DNA from: Lama guanicoe
Taxonomy: Eukaryota
Assembly (NCBI GenBank): GCA_013239625.1
Contig: MU057350.1
Location: 23,093,894-23,157,893 of the forward strand
Direction: 5' to 3'
Length of the DNA stretch: 64,000 nucleotides
Every line of letters starts with the position of its first letter. Position 1 is the first letter of the stretch. Shown here one piece after another: positions 50,030 through 62,250 of the stretch. A model generated the notes under the pieces. The model had not been told where the DNA came from and ran no database searches. It saw only the letters and a program-made list of their open reading frames with translations. Position numbers and translations under genes: made by a program.

Positions 50030-52564
50030 TCTTGTTGGTTTTTGATCGCCCTGGTGTCTGGTCCCAAAGGAAGTTTTCATGCACTTAAAAGGTACATCTC
50101 GAGCTCTCCCTACATTCTAAGGTACAAGAAATGTGAGGAGGATAACTTAGTATGAGATACGATGATGGGTGGTGCCTTGAGATGCTCTGAATCCCATCAC
50201 TAGGTGGACCCATGGTCTAACGCCATCAAAAAATAAGAGGAAAACATGACATTTATTTCATGGAGCTTTCTGCTGTTAATACTCAGTGTTGAACTTGAGA
50301 GGCCCCTGTGTATGTCTCTGCCAGACCCAGTTTCTCCATGGACAAGATCAGGTAACAAGCTCGTAAGCAACTAATAAGGGCGAGTGGGGTTAAGTGCTGG
50401 AGAGGAGTTGGGAATAAAAGCGCTATTTTGGAAAAGAGGGGCGATGAGTTTGGTGCTCACACCCTGACGTTCACAGCTCTCCTGCCAGCTCTCATTCTCT
50501 GCTGTCATCTTTCAGGATGCTGAGGGGTCTGTGGAGGTGGGAAGGAATAGTTTCCCGGAAAATTATCCTAGGAAGGGGGTTCACTGAGGAATATAGCCTT
50601 CTCTGTCCTCTTGCCCTTCAGTCCTGCCTTCCTCCTTCCCTCCCTTCCATCCTTCCTGTCATTTATTATTTAATTTATTCAACAAATATTTCTTAAGCAG
50701 CCTCTGTTTACCAGGATGAGGAATATAGACAAGATTCTCACCCTCTAAAAGCTTGGATTGCAGTGGGTCAGCCTACGGCACTGATTAGAGGACCAGATTC
50801 CAGTGCTCAGTAGACAGACGTATTCGCTGCTGTCAAACCAGGCTGTCTTAGCAGAAAAGCTCCTTTTGGCTCCGTTAGTCCTTTAACTCTTTGCTGGCCC
50901 TGTGTGGGTTTTACTGACATCACACTGTACTCATGGAAGGTCCTCATTAAATACTTGTTGATCAGGATGTGGCTGATTCTGCCAGTTTCCTAATCATATT
51001 CCACTTTTTTTCCCTTTAAAATTTGGTTTTCTACCTCTTTGACTTATTTTCAGGCAGAGTCTCCACGAGAGTTGACTCAGTGAGGGTTTCAATTCTACAT
51101 CTAGAGTAAGCAGATCCCTAAAACATTTATTTTTAGAGCTCACGCTCAGCTCCAGCCACTTAATTTCACGGTAACAATGAACAATACATTTCTCCAACGA
51201 ACACTTCAAAGCGCCTGTAGGCGTAGAGTCAAGTTCATTGAGTTCAAGTCATCCAGAATTTAACCCTCTCCTAAATCAGAACTTTGGCTCATTCCCTTTC
51301 CTTCAAAGAGCTACTTGCCCTCTTTATCTCCTTGGTCCTCACTTTGTCCATCAGACGTTCACATCGGGGCTTCGTCATGGCCTCGCCCCCTGGGAGTCTG
51401 CAGGCGAAAAGATTTTCATATTCAAAGATGTTTTATGCTTTTGTGCCAAGCTTGTAAATACTTCTTTATTCTCTCTCTCTTTTCTCTTTTCTTTTTTCTC
51501 TTGTCTATCTTTCTCTTTAGTTACTCCCTCTGTCACTTTCTTTGAACAGTTTATCATTTCTGTATTGAAAGGGTGACTCTCCGGTACTGTCTAGTCTTAG
51601 TGGAAAACAGCCGCAGGAGGGGTTTCTGTGCTTCCAGACGGCTGGAGATGTGTCACCTTCCATCATGAGGCCATCTCGTGCGCGGACCTCAGGTTGGATT
51701 CTCAAAGCCGTGCCCTGTTTAACTGGTAATTGTTCATTTTCAGAGCTGCCTCTGTGGTTACGGATCCCCAGTCTCTCTTGTAAGCGCTTTCTGGGGCCAC
51801 AAACCTTGTTTGGAGAGAGAGCCTTTTCCTGGTGACAGGGGCAGACACCTCCTCGGCCTCCTCCCTGCTGATTTGATGACTTGGCCTCTCAAAAGGTCAT
51901 GCACACGGTGGATTCTGTAAAGCTTGTTTATCTGGGAAAGGGCTTTCGAAGGGAGATTGAATCCCTGTTGTCAATGACTCTTTTCTGAAATAGGGCCAGG
52001 GAGATAAGGAGGGTTCATGTTGCCAGGTAATGACCTTGCCTGGACCCACTTGAGAGAGGAGCCTGGCAGGCGTCTTGTTTGGAGGGGCCTGGTGGGAGGA
52101 TGAATAGGCTGACCCTCTGCTGGGGCTGAGGATGGGGCCTGTGTCCTCTCTGCCCCTAGAAGGCCAAGGAGGAAGAGAGCTGACTCACAGGGACAGTTTT
52201 CCAACTTTCTGGCACAGTGCTTTGGTTTATTCAAGTTGTTGGGATCACTGAATATTTATTAAAGTGTCTGAAATGCACGAGATGCCAGTTGTCAGCTTTC
52301 ACCCCGCACACTCCACTCATCAGAAGGCTAGAGACAGTGGGAGCACCAAGGTCACAAATGTTCTCAGTTTATGAGCGTCTCTTGAGTACCTGCACATGCC
52401 TGGCTGTGGGTTATGGTCACTGGAACCACAACAACAAAAATACATGACTTACTCTCGCTCCCGACTGTTCTTTGAATCATACTGGGGCCTGAGACAGAGA
52501 TATATGAAGCAGCTAGAAAACAGTGCCTGGTTGTGCAGAATTGAGCTTCACAAGGAAATTAATT

Positions 52565-52915
52565 GCAGCATTCTTTAAAATTGCAATGAAATTAGAAACA
52601 CTTGTGATGTCCATCGGGACAGGAATGCTTACCAATGATTCTGTAACCATACTGTAGAATATGCTGTACCTGTTTAAATGAAGGTTACAAATAAAACTAT
52701 TAGCAATGACATTGAACAATTGCCAAGACTATTGTCAAGTGAAAAAAAAAGCATTTTCCTTGCATGATAAGCCATTTATGTTACAAACATATACGTTTGT
52801 GAACGTAGATAAATGCATTGAAGAGAGACTTCCATACTATTTAAATGTGGACTTCTGTTCTTCTGTTTCAGAAGGATAATGTATTTATGTATTACTTTTA
52901 TAATTTAAAAAGTTA
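52565..52915 (+). mobile_element. Ancient L1ME-type 3' fragment
   Basis: 'gcagcattctttaaaattgcaatgaaattagaaacacttgtgatgtccatc...gtatttatgtattacttttataatttaaaaa'. Confidence 0.55.
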
Positions 52916-53824
52916 ATAAGGAAGTAAATGCTGGATTATACGAGATCAGAAGGGAGCAGGGACAGAGTGAGTACTCTCTCCTTCCTGACTCTGGATTTTA
53001 AGCCACTGTCTTATTTGAGCAAAAGACCGGGGGCCTGGCTAGAGTTGCTGTTTCTCAGTCCCAGGCCTGGGGAGTAGCTGCAATAATCAATATGACTTTA
53101 AAAATGGCTGAGTCTGCTTGTGAACGACATGCAAGGTGGAACGAGCTACCATTTGTCTTCATTTTCTTCTGGCCAGTGTGTTTGTGTTGATGGGGGTGAG
53201 GGTTAGGAATTTAACTTTTGACTCCTTGTCCTAAGAAAAGTCATAACCTGAGTGTGTAAGGTCCTTTCCTTTTAGATCTGCCGAGATAGGATGCTCCAAC
53301 TGTATTTCACACTGATACCAACCATATACTAATAAAAAAATTAAAGTGCATTATGGGGATGTAGTTTTCTAACATACAATTTCTATATACTTATGTGTTT
53401 GGGAGCTATTTGAATGTATATGAGCTTTGACCCTTGATAGATTGTATGTGCATTGAAGTTGAGGATTTTGACTTTTGCACACATAGGAATCCTCTCCAGT
53501 TATTCAGAATGGTAGCTTTTAAAATAATGGACACTTAATAAATGCTTGTTGATGGACTGAATGATTGAACGAATGAGTAGAGCAAACAGTCCCTGACTTT
53601 TTGTTTGAATGTAGAAAACAGAATCACCTCAATATCAGTGAAGCCATGGACTGAAAACTATATGAGTCAATCTTTCAAGTGAATTTCCTTTGGCCATTTA
53701 AAAAAATACAAAATCTTTCTGAAGAGTACGAAAAGCACAGAGACGAATATAACAAATGCCTAAAAACACCCGTGTGTCCAACATCCATATTTAACAAATA
53801 CTCACAGTTTGGCACACTTAAAGC

Positions 53825-54490
53825 AATTTTTTTTTTTTTGCTTAAAAAATAACACATTTCAGATACTTTAAATCTCCCTTTGCCCGCTTTCTAGTCCCAT
53901 TAGCCTCTCTCGCGTCTCATGGATCCCCACTAGTCCATGGAGTCTGTACCTGGTTTTACCCTTTATTATGTAGTCATATGGTCCACACACAGTCTAAAGT
54001 TCCCTGAGTTGTAAGATTTACATAATAGTATCATGATGCAAGTACCCTTCTGTGACTTGCTTTCTTTTCTCAATATTATAGCAGAGATTTCTCCGTGTGA
54101 ATGATGTAGGTCTCCTTCATTCATTTAAACTCCTCTAGACATAAATTTCATGATTTATTTATTGCTTATGCATAGGTATCACTTCCCCGATGGGTGGAGA
54201 CCTAGATGTCCCCCCCCATTTTTTCACAATTATCAAAAGGGCTGTTCATGACATCCTCAAGGATGTCTTTCCCTTTGCTTGTGAGCACGTCCCTCTCGGG
54301 CACGTACTCAGGAGTGAAATGGTTCAACTGTGGGGGAATTATATTTTCAGCTTTACTAGATATCAATAAATTATCCTTCAAAAAGGTGGTACTGACTGAC
54401 AGCCCCACCAGCAGTGTCAGAGAATGCCTGCTTCTGTACCTTTCCACCCACACCTGGTATCAGAGTCTTTCACTTTAGATTTTTTAAGGG
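53825..54490 (-). mobile_element. Ancient L1M fragment
   Basis: 'tttacataatagtatcatgatgcaagtacccttctgtgacttgctttctttctcaatatta...caggagtgaaatggtt...ccccaccagcagtgtcagagaatgcc'. Confidence 0.65.
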
Positions 54491-55364
54491 AATTTATTTC
54501 TGGCTGATGAAGGCTACGCTGCAGTGTTCAGCCCCCGCCAACGTGCTCCATGCTCCAGATGTGTGTAACGTCATACGCTACCTGATCGTGGCAAAAGCCA
54601 CCCCCTTTGCCAGGAATGCATTTATTGCCCTTGAGTGGCAAACTCTTACTCATTCTTCAAGTCCCAGTGGAAATGTCCCTGCCTCGGTGGCGCTTTCTCA
54701 GATTCCCCCAGATCATTTGTTCCCTTTCCTTGTGCTCATGGCTCTCTGTATAGACCTCACTTGTTGCCCTTGTGATGTTATATTATTACTACTTTCTGTG
54801 GCTATTTCCACCCGTGGATTGTGAGATTTTTCCAGGCCAGGGATTTTCCAGGTGGGCAGCTCAGTTCATGAGCATCTCTTGAGAACTCTGGCCTCTGCTA
54901 GGTTCTGCAGAACCACGACAACAATGTGGCACAGTCTCTCCCTCCTGAGTGTGGTTTGAATCACATGGGGACCCCAGGCAGAGATTTAGGAAGCAGCTGG
55001 GAAACAGTGACCAGCTGTGTATAACTGAGCTCCTGTCACTTCTGACACCCTAACACTTGGCCCAGGTACAGCCCAGTCAATGGTTATTACAAAAATATCT
55101 GAGCAAATACATTAATAAAGGAATTTATCTAATCAAGCCTGCCCAGCCCTTGTCTAGGTGTTGGAGACGTAGCAGAGAACCAACCTGCAAGCTCTCTGTT
55201 CTCCTAGAGCTTATGTGCGTGTGTTTTGGGGGATGGGAGTGGAGACGGAAAAGGGAGAGATGATCAATGAGTCAGCCAGTCACCATATACTATGTCAGGG
55301 GTGAACAGGAAGAGGCATCCTAAGAAGGCGAGAGGGACGGAGCGGAGGCTGACGTGGTCCCACG

Positions 55365-55642
55365 TCACGCCCCTTCAGCCCCTCTCTGACCTTGGCTGCC
55401 GGTGGGGAAGGTGCCTTTGCCTATAGCAACTGCCCACCTGTGGCACTTCCTCCAAAGCTGAGGAGCTGGCTCGTCCTGGGCGGGGAGCAGCCTTCCGTCT
55501 GGCAGGACTGAGTTCCAGTTACCCGCAGTGGTCACCAGCTCCATCTTCTCCTGCCGTTGGCTTTCTCTCCCGCCCCACCTCACACCAGCTCCGTGGAATC
55601 ACTGTTCAAATAAACATTCTGCTCACAGAACCCAAACTAAGA
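55365..55642 (+). mobile_element. ERVL LTR16-like solo LTR fragment interrupting an antisense L2
   Basis: Ends 'gaatcactgttcaaataaacattctgctcacagaacccaaactaaga', resembling the LTR16-family 3' end; L2-like sequence on both sides (about 55110-55340 and 55645-55975). Confidence 0.55.
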
Positions 55643-56899
55643 GGATTCTAGAGGAGCTGCCAGTCAAGAAAGGAGAGGACTCTGAATGGGGGACCTGAAT
55701 GTAAAGAGACTATGCTTGGACTCCTGGAGGAAAGGTGTCTTAGCAGAAGGAACGGCACATCTAACCCCAGCCCTAACCTTGCAGTGAGCATGTGCTTGGC
55801 GTCACTGAGGAACAGCGAAGAGAAATGGCTGGAGCAGAAGTGAGTGAGGGAGGAGCAGGAGATGATATCAGAGTAGGAGTGGGGACCCTGTGGGCCAAGG
55901 GAAGGGGTTTGTCATTCATTCTAGATGAATGAATTGGATGGCTTTGATCAGAGGAGAGGCTGGATGCAAGTGAGGCTTTAAATGAATGAATGTGTGTGTG
56001 CATGTGTACTTCCTACTGAAACAGACCTAGTAAGTAATTTTATTGTTTAGAGATTCCAGCTCATGCAGGTCTGAGGGGCAACTGTATTTCATAAGACAGT
56101 GTTGAATCACAACCAGCTATTCTAGTGGGGACCAATTGGATTCCACGCTTAGAGAGTCCCGAAATGAGCTGCTGTCAAAAGTTGCTTGGCCTTGGTAAAG
56201 CCGTGCAGGAGGGAGACAGTAGGGAGGGAGGAAAAAGGAATCTGAGGCTGTTTAGGATTTCCCTGAGCACTGAAGGGATTTTTGAACATGATGTTTGGGG
56301 CTGCACAAAGGTTGCAGACTCCTTGTTGCTTTGTGATGGGGGTGGGTTTAAGTCAGAATGTCCGCTGCTTAGCAACGTTTTCTAGCAGGTGAGCTCCAAG
56401 TAAAGGTAAGCTTCCTTCACAAAGCCCAGCTCCACCGCCAGGGAGAAGTTAGCTGATTCATCAGGTTTGTGAGAAACTGCTCCCTGGCAGCTCGCTTACT
56501 TCTGCGTTTCCCATGGCAAAGCTGTCCCTGGTAGTTGGAGTCTATGGCAGTTTCTCCTCTGTGAGGTGGCTCCTTCCTGCTGCAATGCTGGGATCTTTGA
56601 CAGAGGTGTTTATGGAATTTATTTACTGCTTTGTTGAAAAAATGAGCACCCTGCTCGGATCTCGGAATGAGATAACTCAGAGAAACGATCGCTCTTCCTC
56701 TTTAAGTCATAGAGCGAAGGGGCTAGCAGTGGAGGAAGGCAGCAAGGCTGAGGGTGGAATTACTCGGGCCAAGTGGTCAAGATGTGGGCACCAAGTGAGG
56801 ACCCAGAGGAAGGAAGATGACAGAAGTTCTAAGGAGAGAAGTGCCCCCTTCCCTTGGGGAAGCTCCAGGATGAATAATCCCACCCTAATCTGACTCTCT

Positions 56900-57990
56900 C
56901 TGGCCTCCTGTTCATTTGCTCTGTGTGCATAAAATTTATCATCACCAGCGTAGCTGGAAAATGGAGGTCAAATTTCATTTTGGCCTGCAACGTGACAAAA
57001 ATGACCTGCAAAAGGTAGATGACAGGTTGTTATTTTATGCCCCAGAAAATAGCAAAGATCAGATAGTACCTCCTCTGTGTTCTCTCTTTTTTTTTTTTTT
57101 CCTTCTTGGATGGCTGAGACTAGCTTTCCTTAGCAATGCATCATCAATGCACCTCCTGATTTGTTAGAAGGGTGGTCAAGGTTTAAAAGAAGAATGATCT
57201 GTTTCTAACTGGCAATTTCAATCAGTCCAGGTTGACTAGGCACCTTGTGCTGTGTGAGTTCTTTATGGAACCACTGACAAGTCATAAAAATATCCAGAGC
57301 ACAAGCGTGACATTCAAACACACTGTCTCTTTTGCTTATAGTTCATTGACTCCCAGAAGTCATCTATTTATAGCAATTAATGATTGCTAAGCAATTAGAT
57401 CCCCCTGTTTCAACAACTATCATGTTGTAGGCTAAATCCTTCCCCACAGAAATGTGTGTGGCAGGCAGTTTCAGATATGAGAATCGAGGCCAAAGTTGGC
57501 TTGCACGAGGCAGGGGAAGAAATCTTTTCCATTTGAGATGGGTAGGCTTCACAGCAAATAAGGACTCTCAGGAATTGTCCCTACATCAGGAATTTTTTAA
57601 ACTTACAAAGTGCTTATCCTCCATGTTGCCTGGCCTCCAGGGATGAGAGTGGTAGCACCTGCCTGTCACTTTTCCAGGGGACGATCTGGCTACCGCATGC
57701 AGCCTTCTCCACTGGAGGTCCTTCATGAGTCAGTCCTACTTCTGCTCTGCTTTGCTTTGTAAAGATCATTGCAAGGGCTTATCTTGGGTAATTGTTATTA
57801 CTACCATCTGCATTACGGTATAATTACCTTTCGAAAATGCTAGATCTCTTTAGCTGATGTTTAAAGATAAGTAATAGCCAAATAATTGCAAAGCCTTTGG
57901 ATACAGAGCAGGCGCTCTGCAATAAAAGGTGGGCTGTGTTTACAGCATGTGCTTCTCTCTCCTGTGTTTATTTTTTTCTTCTTTCTCTGG
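56900..57990. promoter_or_regulatory. Candidate conserved enhancer block (posterior HOX/CDX, MEF2, FOX motifs)
   Basis: TTTATGG 57262, GTCATAAAA 57281, CTATTTATAG 57364, CAATAAAA 57920, TGTTTAC 57937; no recognisable repeat. Confidence 0.45.
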
Positions 57991-59148
57991 GAGCAGTAGA
58001 GGGGTGACTGATTTTCCTCTCTAGCTCTCTCTTTCTTTTCACACAGACTGATGACTCGGTCAATGTTGTAGAATTTATCCTTACTCCAATCTGATATCCA
58101 TCCTACACAACCAGCTGGATGTGGATTGTGGCATTCAATAAAGTTAACTTTCGAGAATCAGAAGTTACGATGGGTAAATTCTTTCAATGTTCCTGAGTCC
58201 CGAAAGTGACAGAGCAGATGAGACGAATTAGAGACAAGAAGTCCCCTGGCCTCACTGGGATCAGTCAGGCAGATCTGGTGTCGTCTCATCCTGACTCCTC
58301 CACTTTCAAATAAAAGATTGGAACTTCTTTCTTTGTGATCCTTGATGCTCTGAAGTTTGGGCTACAGTTGGTGATAAAACCTTGAGCGTATTTCTTTATT
58401 AGCATGATCAATCTGCACAACCTTAGCTACATGTGGACCTGGAACTTTTGCTGTAAATCCTAGAGTATCTAAGACACAAAACAATGGATGGTGAGGCATG
58501 AAAAGCAGAGAATGGGGAAAATGAAGAAAATGGGGAGAGAAATATGGATTGATAAAGCAGAGAAGAAAAGTGTGATAATATCGTGGTGGTTTGCATAAGG
58601 AACAGTACTGAATTTTAAATTCAATTGCCATTTTAAATCCTGTTTGCTGTTTGGCATTCCCATTTTTTCTGGAAATTCATTTAATGAAGCAAATCTGGCC
58701 CAAATATTTACCTTCCTAAATTCTTAAACAAGCAAGGCAGATGAATTACTTTGAGCTATGTGGATTCAAGGAGTAGGTACCATTTGCCCACAAAATTGGG
58801 GGTAAGTACCAGCTTGTAAAATACCATCAGTCCCCTAAACTCACCTGTTAAAAGCAGGATTTATACTGGGCAAACCTGGAAGGATGCTCATTTTTAAATC
58901 TCAATGGCTAGTCATATTCTCCACTCTAGTGGAGAAAATACACTGGAAAAGATTTTGATAGGTTGGTATTTGTTAGACTGAAAATTAGCTTCTCCCCAGT
59001 TGAAATAGCATCCTTTCTCTTGCTCCATTCCCACCACCAATTAAGCAATCATTTTAAAAGCATTTCATGTAGCACCATTTTAAGAAAAGTCTGTACCCAT
59101 CAGAGCTGACATTCAAACAGGTGAACTGTGTAGCTTCCTGACCGTACT

Positions 59149-59186
59149 TGTGTGTATGCGTGTGTGTGTGTTTGTGTGTGTGTGTG
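59149..59186. repeat. Imperfect (TG)n microsatellite
   Basis: Directly seen. Confidence 0.9.
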
Positions 59187-60539
59187 CACGTTTGCATTTG
59201 CTAGGGGAAGACTAGAAATGTACCTTACTCCCTAGTCCACCGGTGTCTGGAATTCCTCTGTTAGATCTTGGTTCTTTTGACATAACATTTTATTCAATGT
59301 TCAAGACAAAACTCCTGGAAGGGGAGCTGGAGGAAACTTTGCCACTTCCTGTAAGCAATTTTAGATGTTTTCCAGGGAAGCAGACTTAGATGAGGGCAGG
59401 GAAAAAAAAGCATGAGAAAAGTGGAAATCTCTTGGCAGTTGATGGGAGAAGTGAGGTTGGAGAATAGAAAAAGAGATGCTAAGGGTGAAAGCAAACTTCA
59501 CCTTCTTCCCTATTTTTTTCATTAAACCAGCTCGAACTCTAGTTATTTGGTTGGTTTAACCAAGGGAAGAGTTGAAATCAGTGCTGGGTGCTTTAATGAA
59601 AGCTTCTGTACTTAGCACTGAGAAAATATATTCTTCTTAGTAGAGTTGCCCAGTCTTCTTCCTTCCCTTTGTTTGTCAGTGTGCTCTTGAGCCACTGCTT
59701 TGCAGGAGTCCCCGTGCCTCCTGGAGCACGAACACAGCAAACCGATAGCTGCCCTCGCGGAGCTCCTAGCCTGGGTGACAACACGAAGAGTCAGCATGAC
59801 CCAGGCTTCGTGAAGCTAGGGCGGGGAGTGACTCGGCCTGGAATTGTTGGGATAGATTTTATAAAAGATGATATTGAACTCTGTGTCCTAAAACATGAAT
59901 GGCATCCTTCCATGTGGAAAGGAGGCAGGGTGTGGAAACTTCGAAGGAAAGAATCATGGAGTCAGAATTTTCAGGTCCTGATGAAACCTCGTACAGTTTG
60001 CAATTAGGGTAAAACCCATCAGTCCCCAAGGAGTCTCATTGCAGGATGTGCCCACGGGGATGCGCTTCTCTGGAAGGCCAGGGAGAGCTGGGGGGCTGCT
60101 GACTGAGTTCTGTGTCCTTTTCCCTTGCATTCCTGGCCATCTCTGGAATTGATGCTAATTGAATTTCAAAGCAAAGGCAGCACTCCTCTGTTAACTGTGG
60201 TGAATATCCCAGTCATTGAAAACTAGCATGACTTTATACATTCCCAGCCTTGCCTCTCGTAGTCTGTTTGGGAGTTACAGCTACAGGAAGGCTCAGGTAA
60301 GGGGAAATACATCCCAAACAGAGAGATTAATGCATTTTAAACAAAGCAAACCAGGAAGTCCTCTAAAAATGGAAAAAATCGAGTAGTTTGATATTTTTGA
60401 GAAAAGTTACTAAACACTCTTAAATTTGCATTACGACTTAAATACACTAAAGCTTTGGCATTTCTAGACTCAGTAACTGACCTAGCTGTCTCTTCTTGCT
60501 TTCTCTTTTCTAACGTTCTGGTGCTGAGAAAAATCAGCA

Positions 60540-60983
60540 NNNNNNNNNNNNNNNNNNNNNNNNNNNNNNNNNNNNNNNNNNNNNNNNNNNNNNNNNNNNN
60601 NNNNNNNNNNNNNNNNNNNNNNNNNNNNNNNNNNNNNNNNNNNNNNNNNNNNNNNNNNNNNNNNNNNNNNNNNNNNNNNNNNNNNNNNNNNNNNNNNNNN
60701 NNNNNNNNNNNNNNNNNNNNNNNNNNNNNNNNNNNNNNNNNNNNNNNNNNNNNNNNNNNNNNNNNNNNNNNNNNNNNNNNNNNNNNNNNNNNNNNNNNNN
60801 NNNNNNNNNNNNNNNNNNNNNNNNNNNNNNNNNNNNNNNNNNNNNNNNNNNNNNNNNNNNNNNNNNNNNNNNNNNNNNNNNNNNNNNNNNNNNNNNNNNN
60901 NNNNNNNNNNNNNNNNNNNNNNNNNNNNNNNNNNNNNNNNNNNNNNNNNNNNNNNNNNNNNNNNNNNNNNNNNNNNNNNNNNN
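60540..60983. other. N-run (444 nt)
   Basis: Directly seen. Confidence 0.99.
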
Positions 60984-61149
60984 TGTTCTTTGTTTGGCTT
61001 TTCTTTTTTGCTTAGCCAGCCTTTGCCCAAGGAAAACCAGAAAGAATGACGGCCAATTGGCAGGGTTTTCTGTTCAGCTGAATATTAACCATTAACATAA
61101 TAATCGAATAAATCTTAGCATTGGTGGTAAAACGAATCTTTTTTCCTTA

Positions 61150-61370
61150 GCAGTTTGCTATTTTCAAAGGACTTTCATCTATTATTAGCTCAGTTAATCC
61201 TCACATAACCCGTGACGTAGGGATTGTTGCATTTCTTTTACTGATGAGGAAGTAGAGGTTTGGGAGACATGAAGACTGGTCCAAGGTCACATAGCTCGAA
61301 GACGGCAGCCCTGGATGGACACAGTTTTTTATCTCCAGGACAGCGTATTTTCCAATGCCCTGCGCACTCC
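61150..61370 (-). mobile_element. MIR SINE
   Basis: 'attagctcagttaatcctcacataacccgtgacgtaggga...tactgatgaggaagtagagg...gtccaaggtcacatagct'. Confidence 0.8.
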
Positions 61371-62034
61371 ACCAGAGAGGTAAGGACATAGGACTAGAGG
61401 AGTATGAAAGAAAGAAGGGGGAATAAGGAAGAAGTCCTATTGGAGACGTGGACCAAACATCAAAGCTTAGAGACAGGGGAGGAAGTATCTTTCTAAGTGT
61501 GTCTGAGAGATGTAATATTCTGCAGTCCGTTGCACATTTTCCTGTGTCTCAGGGAACCTGAATGTGAGTGTTGTGCACTCCCTTTGGGTTGGACCCAAGC
61601 TTTTTGCTCCTCTGTCCTTCCCACAGTTCTGTGCTATGTTCAAACGAGACACTCAGAAGTCGTTGTTGAGGGGATGAATAGCATTCTTCAGAAGTTGGAG
61701 TTATGGCTTCATTGTTCTCTTGATGAGCTGTGATAATATCTGTGCCAGCTTTGGCCACTCACACCCATCCGAATCACACGGGCCTCCTCTGCAAATTACT
61801 TTTTGCCTTTCTCCTATTCTTTTCTTTTCTTTCTTTTCTTTTTTTTTTTTTTAAAGCCCTATTACTCTGGCCAGAGAGTTCCCTTGTTTTAAAAGATGGT
61901 TGGAATTTGTCCTAGTGTTTACGTGGATTGCTAAAGATGTAGGATCTGCTTTTGGTGGATTTCCAAGTATGCGATCCATCCAAGCAGCTGAAAATCACAA
62001 CAAATGGAGTTCAGAAAGCATGCAAAGGCGAGAC

Positions 62035-62250
62035 ATTGTGGTGTAATGGAAAAAGCATCAGCCTGGGAGTGAGACAGACCCTGCTGTGGATCCAAAATCT
62101 GCCACTTGCTGGCTGTGTCATCCCTTGAAAATCACCTCCCTGAGCTTCAGTTTACTTTTCTGCCCAGTCAGACTCTAGTTAATGCTTCTTCTCTGAAGGC
62201 AGTTCAAAGAGCAGGTATGTAAAATGCCTAGCCCAGTACCAGGTTCCTCT
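62035..62250 (+). mobile_element. MIR SINE
   Basis: 'tgtggtgtaatggaaaaagcatcagcctgggagtgagacagacc...tctgccacttgctggctgtgtcatcc...ctgagcttcagttt...tgtaaaatgcctagcccagtacc'. Confidence 0.8.
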
